Source: an uncultured delta proteobacterium
GTDB taxonomy: Bacteria > Desulfobacterota > Binatia > UBA9968
Length of the DNA: 64,000 nucleotides
NCBI GenBank assembly: GCA_963727625.1
Contig: CAVSHR010000002.1
Coordinates: forward strand, 128,001-192,000
Reading direction: 5' to 3'
A program made the translations under genes and the position numbers. Below are positions 9,908 to 19,112 of the stretch, piece by piece. The stretch's first letter is position 1. Each line of letters starts with the position of its first letter. The notes below the pieces were generated by a model. The model did no database searches and was not told where the DNA came from. It worked only from the letters and a program-made list of their open reading frames with translations.

Positions 9908-10882
9908 TCAGGCGGCGGATGCGTATCTTCTGCGCGGCAACTGTTCGTCGCGATTGTAGGCCTTGGTGGGTACCGGTTTTAGGTCCCAGATGACGCCCAT
10001 CCAGGACAGGAATTTTAAGATGTAGTAGGTAATGTCGATTTCCCACCAGAAAAATCCCTGGCGGGTGCAGCCCATATGTTTGTGGTGGTTGTTGTGCCAG
10101 CCTTCGCCGAGAGTGATCAGCGCAAGCCAAAAGTTATTGCGGCTCTCGTCGCCGGTGTCGTAGCGCTTATTGCCGAAAATATGGGCGAGGGAGTTGATGC
10201 TGGCGGTGGCGTGGAAAAGCACCGTTGTGCTGAGGACAAACGCCCAGACAAACAGTTGCATGGCGGTAACGCCGAGAGATGGCACGGCATGCTCAAGCCA
10301 TAGGCCGCAAAGGTACACCCCCACTGCCAAAGCGGCGGGCACGGCTTTGTCGAAGCGATTCAGCCAGACTAGCTCGGGAAAGCGGGCAAAGTCGCGGATT
10401 CGCTCGTATTGAGTGGCGTAGTAACGCGTGCACATGAACCAACCGGCATGGGAGCGGAGAAAACCATAGTGCACCGGCGAGTGCGGGTCGGCCGGCGTGT
10501 CCGAATTGCGGTGATGATTGCGATGATTCGCCGCCCACCAGAGCGGTCCCCGCTGTGACGCCGAAGCGCCCATGAAGGCAAAAATAAACTGCGCCACGCG
10601 CGAGGTCTTGAACGTGCGATGCGAAAAGTAGCGGTGATAGATGCCGGTGATCGCGAACATCCGGACTAGATAAAGACCGATTGCAGCATAAACCGCCGTC
10701 CAGCTCCAACCCACGAAAAAGATTCCAAGGCAACCTAAGTGCAGGATGACGAAGGGCAGGCAGCGCAGCCAGTTAACGCGGTCGATATCGCGAATTCTGG
10801 TGACGGCACTGGCGGCGTGGTAGTCGGCGTCAAACCATTGCACCACAGTGGTCACTATAGTTTTCTTATGTAGAGGCTCCAT
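9908..10882 (-). CDS. Acyl-CoA (delta-9-type) fatty acid desaturase
   Basis: His boxes YHRYFSH, HRNHH, GEGWHNNHH; WWEIDI. Confidence 0.9.
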   Translation of the reverse strand: MEPLHKKTIVTTVVQWFDADYHAASAVTRIRDIDRVNWLRCLPFVILHLGCLGIFFVGWSWTAVYAAIGLYLVRMFAITGIYHRYFSHRTFKTSRVAQFIFAFMGASASQRGPLWWAANHRNHHRNSDTPADPHSPVHYGFLRSHAGWFMCTRYYATQYERIRDFARFPELVWLNRFDKAVPAALAVGVYLCGLWLEHAVPSLGVTAMQLFVWAFVLSTTVLFHATASINSLAHIFGNKRYDTGDESRNNFWLALITLGEGWHNNHHKHMGCTRQGFFWWEIDITYYILKFLSWMGVIWDLKPVPTKAYNRDEQLPRRRYASAA

Positions 10883-11311
10883 TAAACATTGGACACTAGC
10901 ACGACCTTTGATCATATACAATGAATTTCGGTTTGATTCGTATCTTTTTCGAGCGGCTTTTACTTGGTCGCCCCCTTAGTTCCGATCGTTGATTGAGCCG
11001 ATCTTTGCCGGCTAAAGTAAGAGGTTACGTTTACCGATACAGGCGGAATTCTGTCTAACCGAAGGGCTGGCCGTATGGGACTCGGTCAAATACGACTCAG
11101 ATCCCCAGAAAGTCAAAGAATTGGCGGCGCGGTCGCTTTAGGCCGCAAGCTTTTTAACTCGGGTGACATGGTCGGAAGTTCGATGAAAGCGGGAACGATC
11201 GTGTCTAATCGCTGAGCGACTGGGAGGGAGCGTTCCGCTATGGCAGAGTCCCCCTCTAGATTGCCAAACGGTTTGGCAGAGCCCCGGGCAGACCGGACCG
11301 CGCCGGTGCGG

Positions 11312-11689
11312 CTAAAGATCCATGCGCCGTTTATAGCTCCAACCGACCGTGGAAATATCGAAGAGATTGCCGTCCGGGTCCGAGCCGCGTCCCTCGGCGT
11401 AGGTCGCTTCCCGCTCTTTCGGCGCGCCTTCGGGATAGACTTCTTGGATGCGCTTGGCAATTTCTTTGTTGTCTTCGACCTGAAAGCCGAAGTGATAGAG
11501 CCCGGGCTGGTGGCCCGGTTCCTTCGGATCGGTGGCATTCAAGATCGCCAGATTGACTTCGCCGTCGGAAAGATGCACCGAGCCGTTCTTGGTGCGATAC
11601 ATTTCCTGCATCTCGAAGACCCGCTTATAAAAATCCGCGAGTTTATCGGGCTGGTGCGTAAGAATCGCAAGATGACGGAGCTTGGCCAT
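11312..11689 (-). CDS. VOC/glyoxalase family protein
   Basis: LRHLAI..FYKRVF, GLYHFGFQV, DPDGNLFDI. Confidence 0.85.
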   Translation of the reverse strand: MAKLRHLAILTHQPDKLADFYKRVFEMQEMYRTKNGSVHLSDGEVNLAILNATDPKEPGHQPGLYHFGFQVEDNKEIAKRIQEVYPEGAPKEREATYAEGRGSDPDGNLFDISTVGWSYKRRMDL

Positions 11690-11872
11690 GGTCAATTCTC
11701 CTCTGGTTTTGTTTGCTTTGTTAAAAACTCCGCCTCTTGAGGCGGGCAAAAAGCCGATGGGGTTTCCAAAGGGGAGAAGTGGCAGCCTTCCCTTCGGTCG
11801 AACTGGCTGCCAGCGCTATCACCGGTTCCGCGAGCTGTCAATCTTGCACCGCGTGCGATGACGCTTTTCGGT

Positions 11873-12811
11873 TCAGAGCTCGGCCACATAGCGTGCCATG
11901 CGCTCGCGGGCCTGCGCGTCGGGCATGGGGCCGTCGGCTGCTTTCATGTTGTCGATCAGGTGATCGATCTTGCCGGTGGCCGGAAGCGCGCAGGTTACAA
12001 CCGGGTGGGCGATGATAAATTTAAGAAAAAACTGCGCCCAGCTCGCGCAGCCGAGTTCCTTGGACCAAGGCGGCAGCGCCTTGCCGCGGATGCCGCGGAA
12101 TAATTGCCCGGCCGCGAAGGGGCGGTTGACCAGCACGGCGATCCGTTTCTCGGCAGCCAGCGGCAAAAGCCTCCTCTCCGCGTCGCGCTCGACCAGAGAG
12201 TAATTGAGCTGGACAAAGTCTAACTCTTCGCGGACGATGGCGCGCTCGAGGTCGTCGTACGCGCTTGCCGTGTAGTGGGTGACGCCGATGTAGCGTACCC
12301 GGCCTTGCTCCTTCCAGCGCCGCAGCGTGGCCAGATGAGTGCGGTAATCGACGAGATTATGGACTTGCATCAAATCCATCCGGCTGGTGCGCAAACGCTT
12401 GAACGATTCTTCCATTTGGCGCACGCCGGCTTCGCGTCCGCTGGTCCAAACTTTGGTGGCAAGAAAAAGTTGATCGCGCGCGCCGAGCTCGCCGGCAAGA
12501 TCGCCAACAACACTTTCGGCCTTGCCGTACATCGGCGACGAATCGATGACGCTGCCGCCCGCCTTTATGAATTGACGCAACACCTGTTTGACCGGCTCGC
12601 GGGCGGCCGGCGCCGGGCCGACGTCGAAAGTCTGCCAGGTGCCGAGTCCGACGGCGGGCAAAGCCTCGGCGGTTTTTGGGATGGGCTTGTGTAAAATTGT
12701 TTCGGCCATGGCAACTTTTCCCGTGAGCGCGAACGCCCCGGCACCGAGGGCGGTGCGCAACAGACCGCGCCGTGAGATGGACCGAAACTGAATTGACATT
12801 AGTGGGTCCAT
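11873..12811 (-). CDS. Aldo/keto reductase with Tat-like signal peptide
   Basis: SRRGLL twin-arginine; GLGTWQTF, IDSSPMYG, LATKVW, MQVHNL. Confidence 0.9.
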   Translation of the reverse strand: MDPLMSIQFRSISRRGLLRTALGAGAFALTGKVAMAETILHKPIPKTAEALPAVGLGTWQTFDVGPAPAAREPVKQVLRQFIKAGGSVIDSSPMYGKAESVVGDLAGELGARDQLFLATKVWTSGREAGVRQMEESFKRLRTSRMDLMQVHNLVDYRTHLATLRRWKEQGRVRYIGVTHYTASAYDDLERAIVREELDFVQLNYSLVERDAERRLLPLAAEKRIAVLVNRPFAAGQLFRGIRGKALPPWSKELGCASWAQFFLKFIIAHPVVTCALPATGKIDHLIDNMKAADGPMPDAQARERMARYVAEL

Positions 12812-12866
12812 TGCGCCCTGTCCGGATGCTCTATCCCCAGTCCTGAGGCCGTGTCGCTCAACACTA

Positions 12867-13742
12867 TTAAATTCCCATATTATCTTCCGGTTTGCGCTTC
12901 GGTCCTTTGGTGCGCGGGATGCCGCGCCAATCCCCCCCCGCCATCCAGAATTCCGTCAGGCTGCCGAAGATGCTCAGCGGTATCGCCAGCGCCATGATGA
13001 AATACCAGAGGTTATCGCTGTAGCTGCCCAGAACCGACATGAGCATGGCGACGATTTTAGCCGTGGCACCGCCGAAAATCGCGCTCATCAACAACCGCGG
13101 ATAGCGCTGGACGCCGTATTGGGTGGCGTAAATTCCCCAGAGCACACCGATGAAGAATGCCAGAAAGGGCGCCAAGCAGAGCGCGAAGATCGCACCGGCC
13201 TCGCCGCCGCTTAAGGAAGTCTGCTGCAATTTCTCTTCCTCGGTTTGGCTGCCGACGCGGACATCGCCGCGAAGCACGCGGATGAGATAGTCCACCGCGC
13301 CGTGAATGCCGAGGTCCGAGCGCATACCGTCCCAATAAAGGGCAACTTTAGCCAGAAGGTTTTGGCCCGCGACCGGCTGCGGCAGCAACGGGCGCAGTTT
13401 CTCGCCGGCGGCGAAAGTGACCTCGCGCTCTTTGCGCGCCACCACCAGCACGACGCTTCTTTGCCGCTCAAGGTCGCTTACTGGCAGGCTCTGAAGCGCC
13501 CGCCGCGCAACCGCATCGATGGATTCGTCTTCGAGACTCTTGAGCGTCAAGACCGAAACGCTGTTCGCCGTTTCGGTATGAAAACGGTGCAACCGATGAT
13601 CGAGAACGTCAAAGCTTGCTTGGGGAAACATGCCGGCCAGATCGTTGACGCCGAGCCTTAACGGCGGCAAGTCGACTTCGGCGCCTGCTAGGCCGAAGCC
13701 CAGGCTCCATAACGCAAGGGTGAGAGCAATTCTCAACTTCAC
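12867..13742 (-). CDS. TPM domain-containing membrane protein
   Basis: Signal peptide, VNDLAGMF, SLEDESID, VLVVARKER; three C-terminal TM helices. Confidence 0.7.
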   Translation of the reverse strand: MKLRIALTLALWSLGFGLAGAEVDLPPLRLGVNDLAGMFPQASFDVLDHRLHRFHTETANSVSVLTLKSLEDESIDAVARRALQSLPVSDLERQRSVVLVVARKEREVTFAAGEKLRPLLPQPVAGQNLLAKVALYWDGMRSDLGIHGAVDYLIRVLRGDVRVGSQTEEEKLQQTSLSGGEAGAIFALCLAPFLAFFIGVLWGIYATQYGVQRYPRLLMSAIFGGATAKIVAMLMSVLGSYSDNLWYFIMALAIPLSIFGSLTEFWMAGGDWRGIPRTKGPKRKPEDNMGI

Positions 13743-14509
13743 TAAATCGATCCTCTGGCGCGGCTTTCGAGCGCGGCGAGCTGGTCGCGGCCGAGCGGAA
13801 AACCGAATTGTTCGTTACGCATGCGCAAACGCTGCGCCGAGACTTCACGAATGATATTCGCGGCGCGCCGAAAAGTAGCTTCATTCCGGATCAGCACCGC
13901 CAGCGCGCGGCCGCCGCTGTCCTTGTGTTCGACCTCGTCGAGGAGAATTTCGTGGAATACCCTGGCGATCTTGCCGTGCAGGCCGCGTTTATCGAGTTGG
14001 TTGCATACGCGATAAAGCGCGCCGCCGCCCCCTTCGGTGAGCGTGATCGCGGCGCGCTCGAGGGCTTGGTCCTTGCGTCTTAGTTCCTTCGACGTCACCT
14101 TGCCGGAACCGTGCAAGAGTTGGGCGAAGCTCTTCGAGTATTTGGCGCGGACTCTGGCGAGCTTGCGGTCCTGCGGCAGCCAGGTGAGATCCCGGGGCGA
14201 GATTTTTTTCCCTTCGATTTCCTCAATAAGGTCCATCACCAAGCGCGCATGCTTGGTTTCGTCCGCCAGCTTATCGGTCAGCTCGGCGTAATCGCGCCGG
14301 TTCACGCTCCGGCCGACACCGGGATAAAGCGCGGTCAACGCATCGATGAGCGGTTTGATCGCAGAGTATTCTTTGAAGCCTTGGGCCTTGAGCCAGCGTA
14401 CATGGTCTTTATTGGTTCTAGACCTTTTAAAAAACGCCCGGACCACGGATGCTTCGGCGTTACGATAAGCTACCGCTAATCGAGTGAGTCTTCTAACGTA
14501 TGGATTCAT
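13742..14509 (-). CDS. Ferritin-like (diiron) domain protein
   Basis: Two ExxH motifs: DETKH and DEVEH; helical. Confidence 0.6.
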   Translation of the reverse strand: MNPYVRRLTRLAVAYRNAEASVVRAFFKRSRTNKDHVRWLKAQGFKEYSAIKPLIDALTALYPGVGRSVNRRDYAELTDKLADETKHARLVMDLIEEIEGKKISPRDLTWLPQDRKLARVRAKYSKSFAQLLHGSGKVTSKELRRKDQALERAAITLTEGGGGALYRVCNQLDKRGLHGKIARVFHEILLDEVEHKDSGGRALAVLIRNEATFRRAANIIREVSAQRLRMRNEQFGFPLGRDQLAALESRARGSI

Positions 14510-14655
14510 GAGAGGCGCGAGGGGACGAAATTATCGTACTCCCTTTCGATTTGGTTCCTGCGTTCTAGCCTTTTTCGGCCATCTGCTCGACCGTTGATTT
14601 TATCCGGCCACGATTTGAACGGCTTGAACGTTTTGAACGACTGGAACGAGTTCTT

Positions 14656-15168
14656 CTATTTCGGCACCGGGACGACCGTGCCGCATTTCTTGCAGGTGCG
14701 CAGTTTTTCGTCGCTGGAAAATTTCGCGTAAACCTGCCCCACCGGGTCGGCGCGATAATCGCCGACCTCGGCGGAGGTCTCGTAGACTTTCTCGCCGCAT
14801 TGATTGCAAAACCACTTGAAGTAATCGATCTCGCCCGCGCGGCGCTTGCGCTCGAAGACGATGAACCAGGAGTTTTCTTCGAGCCGCGGCGAATGCGGCA
14901 CGCCGGCGGGGCAGAGCAGAGTTTGGCCGGCTTTGATGTCGGCGGTATGTTCCTTGCCGGCTTCATCGCGGTAGACCAGATGCTGCACGCCGGTGAGTTG
15001 CAACGTCACTTCATCCGCCGGATCGACGTGAAAGTCCCAGCGCTCTTTGCGCCCGCTGCTCAAGAACGCGATGGACTCGGAGTCCTGCCAGAGCACCCGG
15101 CGGGTTTTGCCTTCGGCTTTAACTTCCTCGATCACGCCGGTGACATCGATGGGGACGAGCTCTTTCAT
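14656..15168 (-). CDS. nbaC: 3-hydroxyanthranilate 3,4-dioxygenase-like cupin
   Basis: RWDFHVDP..E, PAGVPHSP, ERKR, rubredoxin-like CNQC and CKKC. Confidence 0.75.
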   Translation of the reverse strand: MKELVPIDVTGVIEEVKAEGKTRRVLWQDSESIAFLSSGRKERWDFHVDPADEVTLQLTGVQHLVYRDEAGKEHTADIKAGQTLLCPAGVPHSPRLEENSWFIVFERKRRAGEIDYFKWFCNQCGEKVYETSAEVGDYRADPVGQVYAKFSSDEKLRTCKKCGTVVPVPK

Positions 15169-15204
15169 GCAAGAACTATAGCGCTTTCAAAAGTGAAGGA
15201 GCAA
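14998..15204. repeat. Direct repeat copy 1 (5' part of nbaC plus upstream)
   Basis: Aligns by eye with 15911-16117 at offset 913. Confidence 0.95.
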
Positions 15205-15285
15205 GCATTGGATGCAACCGCAAGATGGTTTGGGCGATCTGTATTATTTTGTTGCTTTTTCTAAATGGCTCTATAGAACTCCTTC

Positions 15286-15585
15286 ATGGCGAATTATCGC
15301 ATCGATGTGACCGACGAGGCAAAGTCGGATCTCACTCACTATACCGCGTTTGAGCGGAAACTTGTCGTGTCGCAGATTCGCGAGCAGCTTACGCATGAGC
15401 CATCGGTCGAAACCAGAAACCGGAAATCACTACGGGACAATCCTATCTCGACTTGGGAACTCCGGATTGGCAAATATCGGGTCTTCTATGAGGTTGATGA
15501 GGCGCCTCCTTCAGTTCGTGTTGTGTCTGTCGGTCATAAAGAGCACAATATGCTATTGATACGGGGCAAAGAGGTTCGGATATGA
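15286..15585 (+). CDS. Type II TA toxin, RelE/ParE family
   Basis: WELRIGKYRVFYEV; 99 aa; overlaps antitoxin (ATGA). Confidence 0.85.
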   Translation: MANYRIDVTDEAKSDLTHYTAFERKLVVSQIREQLTHEPSVETRNRKSLRDNPISTWELRIGKYRVFYEVDEAPPSVRVVSVGHKEHNMLLIRGKEVRI

Positions 15586-15854
15586 AAACGATCGATATGG
15601 GGAAAGAGAAGTTTGACTTGACCGACGTCATTAAAATCGCGCGCCAAGAACCGGTGTTAATTGTCGCGCCGGATGGTAGCGAGTTTTGTTTGGCTGAAGC
15701 CGATGACTTCGAAAAGGAAATAGCCGCCTTGCGCGGTAGTCAGGCTTTTCAGAAATTCCTCGACCAGCGCTCTGCGAGCGCGAAAACCTATGCCCTCGAC
15801 GATATTGAAGCAGAGATTGACAGAGAACTTTCAATTCAGCGCAAAGACTCCTAG
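15582..15854 (+). CDS. Putative antitoxin (Phd-like N-terminus)
   Basis: Small acidic protein translationally coupled to the toxin. Confidence 0.7.
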   Translation: MKTIDMGKEKFDLTDVIKIARQEPVLIVAPDGSEFCLAEADDFEKEIAALRGSQAFQKFLDQRSASAKTYALDDIEAEIDRELSIQRKDS

Positions 15855-15910
15855 CAAAATCTCCGCTCCCTCTCGCCCTGCTCGATAGTCGTGTTCACAG
15901 AGCCGTTTGT

Positions 15911-16117
15911 TTGCAACGTTCCTTCATCCGCCGGATCGACGTGAAAATCCCACCGTTCTTTGCGCCCGCTGCTCAAGAACGCGATCGATTCGGAGTCCTG
16001 CCAGAGCACTCGGCGGGTTTTGCCCTCGGCTTTAACTTCCTCGATCACGCCGGTGACATCGATGGGGACGAGCTCTTTTATGCAAGAACTATCGCGCTTT
16101 CGAAAGCGGTGGAGCAA
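15911..16117 (-). pseudogene. Truncated duplicate of nbaC 5' end (direct repeat copy 2)
   Basis: Encodes KELVPID...FHVDPADE identical to NbaC; start ATG is ATA; mostly synonymous differences. Confidence 0.9.
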
Positions 16118-16267
16118 TAGAGTCTTGATGTCAATCTAGTTGCTTTTTTCACATGGTAACAGCTTAAAACTTCGCCTTCGTAAATTCTTTCTATAGTTGC
16201 CTTTTCGACCAGATCTAAGTATGCGATAAGGGATTTTCCGGAGCCTAGTATTGTTCGTATTGCGACT

Positions 16268-17685
16268 ATGGCCGATCATGTTTTTATTTGTTACGCGCGT
16301 GAGGATGCGGATTTTGTACTCCCCCTTGCGAGAGCTTTGAAGGAACGTAAGATCTCGGTTTGGTTGGACCAATGGGATATACCTCCGGGTTCGGACTGGG
16401 ATCGGTCCATCGAAATGCGATTTACGACTGTGCCAAGTTCATCATTGTCCTATCCAATCTTGCCGTGGATTCGTCCGAGGTCCGCGGTGAGTTACGCACC
16501 GCTATCGACGAAAAAAAGCCGGTCATACCGGTAATTCGCGCGCCATGCCGAGTTCCGCGCCAACTCCGAACTATTCAGCACGCAGATTTTTCTTCAAAGA
16601 AGCCGGACGACGAAGCCGCTTTAAGACAATTGTTACGCACGCTGGAAGTCACCACAGCTTTGACGGCCGAGCAAGCCGAGAAAATTGGCACTGAGCGAGG
16701 CTCCGGAGGCTCAGAGCCAAATAAACCGGAGGCCACCTGGTCCCGGAAAGGAGATCCATCGGCGCTCAGTGGCTATCTTCGCGCGATTTCTTCCGGTCAC
16801 AATTTACACATGGCTTTTGCCGGGGGTATAGTTGCGGTTGTAGTGATCTGGTGGTTCTGGCCACCCGCGCAACACCCGCACCTCCCGCCAGCCCCGGCGG
16901 TGCCGGCAGAATCAGTTAAATCTCCTTCCACGGTCACAGGATCTAAGGAACCGAGCGCCGTGGTTGAGAAGCCGATTGCCGGTCCGGAAATGGTTGTCAT
17001 CCCCGCCGGCACGTTTCAGATAGGCGATCAGCAGGGGAAAGGCGCCAAGGACGAAGTGCCGGTCCATTCCGTGCAATTCAGCAAGCCATTTGCTGTGAGC
17101 CGCTTCGAAGTGACCTTCGATGACTACGACGTATTCGCTAAGGCGACAAAGCGAAGATTCCCAAGCGATCAAGGTTGGGGACGCGGTCGGAGGCCTGTGA
17201 TCAATGTGTCGTGGGAAGATGCCCAAGCGTACGCAAAATGGTTGTCAGAGCAAGCAGGTAAGCGATATCGTTTGCCGACGGAGGCCGAGTGGGAGTATGC
17301 GGGGCGAGCCGGGAGCAAGACGGAATACTGGTGGGGCGATACTATTGGCCGAGGGCAGGCGAACTGCGACGGTTGCGGCAGTCAGTGGGATAACAAACAG
17401 AGCGGCCCCGTTGGATCGTTTAAGGCAAATTGTTTTGGGCTGTTCGACACCGCGGGTAACGTATGGGAATGGGTCGAGGATTGCTGGCATGACAACTACA
17501 ACGGCGCACCGATTGATGGCCGAGCGTGGAAAGCTGAGAACGGCGGGAGGTGCGGCCGTCGTGTGATCCGCGGCGGCTCCTGGGACAACGATCCGGTGTC
17601 CCTGCGATCATCGTTCCGCGGCAGGGACCTCGCCGACTTCCGGTTCAACTTCATCGGTTTCCGTCGCGCCCAGGACTTAAATTGA
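16268..17685 (+). CDS. TIR - TM - FGE-sulfatase (CLec fold) protein, one frameshift near 16413
   Basis: VFICYARED...VWLDQWDIPPG.DW joins NAIYDCAKFIIVLS...SEVRGEL if one A is added to GAAAT; TM segment; EVTFDDY, PVINVSWEDA, RLPTEAEWEYA, GNVWEW, RGGSW, GFR. Confidence 0.85.
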
Positions 17686-17921
17686 TCTTTGTTCTTTGCC
17701 CTTTTACCCTTTGGGTTTTTGGGTGCCAGTCGTTCCAATCGTTCAAGCCGTTCAAAACGTTCGGCACTCGTGATGCGGGTTGCGAATACCCCGTTACCAG
17801 TCTTCGAATCTGATACCGTACGGCTCGCTCGGAGGTGGTTCGTTGACAACAGAGCACCAGGGGAGCAGGATTTATGCATCGGATGATCGGGTTCGACGCG
17901 AGCTAAACGTGAGGGGAATCG

Positions 17922-18428
17922 ATGGGTAAGTCAAAAAGCGTATTTGTATCTTTTTCCCGTCGCGATGAAGCCGCGGCTCGGAGCCTTATCGATGAATTGC
18001 GCCGCCATGAATTTTCCGTGTCGGACGGAGTGGGGGATTTCAAGGCAGATGCGGAATGGCAGCAGGCAGTGGAGAAGGCCATCCGGTCCGCCGATGCCGT
18101 GATTGTGATTCTCGGAGGCAAAGCAGAGCCGACCAAGTATCAGGAACTTGAATGGAGCGTGATCCTGGAATCGCATTGGGCCGATTCCAAAAAGTTGTTG
18201 ATCCCAGTGTTGCTCGGTGACGCCGACCTTCCAAGTTTCTTGGCAAGTTTTCAACCGCTGCACCTGCCTGATGCAACTGGCGGTTGGACCCCTGTAATAC
18301 AAGCTCTGCAAGGCCAAGTTGTGAAGCCAGAGCCAATTTTCGTCAAAGATACCGCGAAACTTAGGGAGCGTTTAAAGATCGTCGAGGAATTCGCCCAGCG
18401 CATCAAAAAAGATGACAACGTCTGGTAA
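17922..18428 (+). CDS. Stand-alone TIR (TIR_2) domain protein
   Basis: VFVSFSRRD, AIRSADAVIVIL, putative catalytic Glu in YQELEW, LIPVLL; RBS GAGGGG. Confidence 0.85.
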   Translation: MGKSKSVFVSFSRRDEAAARSLIDELRRHEFSVSDGVGDFKADAEWQQAVEKAIRSADAVIVILGGKAEPTKYQELEWSVILESHWADSKKLLIPVLLGDADLPSFLASFQPLHLPDATGGWTPVIQALQGQVVKPEPIFVKDTAKLRERLKIVEEFAQRIKKDDNVW

Positions 18429-18434
18429 CGAAAC

Positions 18435-19055
18435 GTGGCGCAGAGTAATCTCCCGGTCGATCCCAATCAATCGGTTTTCATAAATTGTCCATACGACGCT
18501 GAGTTCGCTCCCCTTTTCGATGCCATAGTGTTCGCTACGGTGTGCTGCGGCTTTGTGCCAAGAAGTGCGCTTGAATCGGGCAGCGTTGCAGAACCTCGCA
18601 TGGAGCGGATCACGAGGACGATTTTCTCGTCCAAGTATTCCATCCATGATCTATCCCGCTGCAAGGGTGAGGGCAGCGAACAGTTGGCGCGGTTTAACAT
18701 GCCGCTTGAACTCGGCATCGCCATTGCCCGGCGCTATACTCAAACCGATGAAGCGCACAAGCATGACTGGTTGCTATTAGTTCCGCAGGGACATCAATAC
18801 GGCCGGTTTGTTTCCGACCTCGCGGGCTTTGATCCAAAACCGCATGACGGAACTGTGAAGTCTATCGTTCCAAAAGTCATGTCCTGGCTGAAAACTCGGC
18901 CTGATGCGGTGCAAACGCCGGAACCGCCGGAGGTATTGGACGCGCTGCCGAACTTCGTTCGAGCAAAATCGGCCCTGGAGCAGGCGTGGAACAACGACAT
19001 CCCGTGGGGCGACATCTTATTAGCTGCGAAAGGACATGTGCCTGAAGCGAGTTGA
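18435..19055 (+). CDS. Hypothetical protein, nucleoside 2-deoxyribosyltransferase/TIR-like Rossmannoid fold
   Basis: SVFINCPYD, SIHDLSR, RFNMPLELGIA, SDLAGFD; 6 bp after TIR gene, GTG start. Confidence 0.65.
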   Translation: MAQSNLPVDPNQSVFINCPYDAEFAPLFDAIVFATVCCGFVPRSALESGSVAEPRMERITRTIFSSKYSIHDLSRCKGEGSEQLARFNMPLELGIAIARRYTQTDEAHKHDWLLLVPQGHQYGRFVSDLAGFDPKPHDGTVKSIVPKVMSWLKTRPDAVQTPEPPEVLDALPNFVRAKSALEQAWNNDIPWGDILLAAKGHVPEAS

Positions 19056-19112
19056 CTTGATTCCCCAACCGCGAGGATGATAAGTCTCGGGTAATTCAAA
19101 TCGGAGGTACGT

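Noticed and set aside
15855-15910. attC site after the RelE-type TA pair
   Set aside because: No convincing RYYYAAC/GTTRRRY pair or inverted repeat
17686-17921. DGR template repeat or RT next to the CLec gene
   Set aside because: No AAC-rich copy of the variable region and no RT motifs were found here or elsewhere in the window
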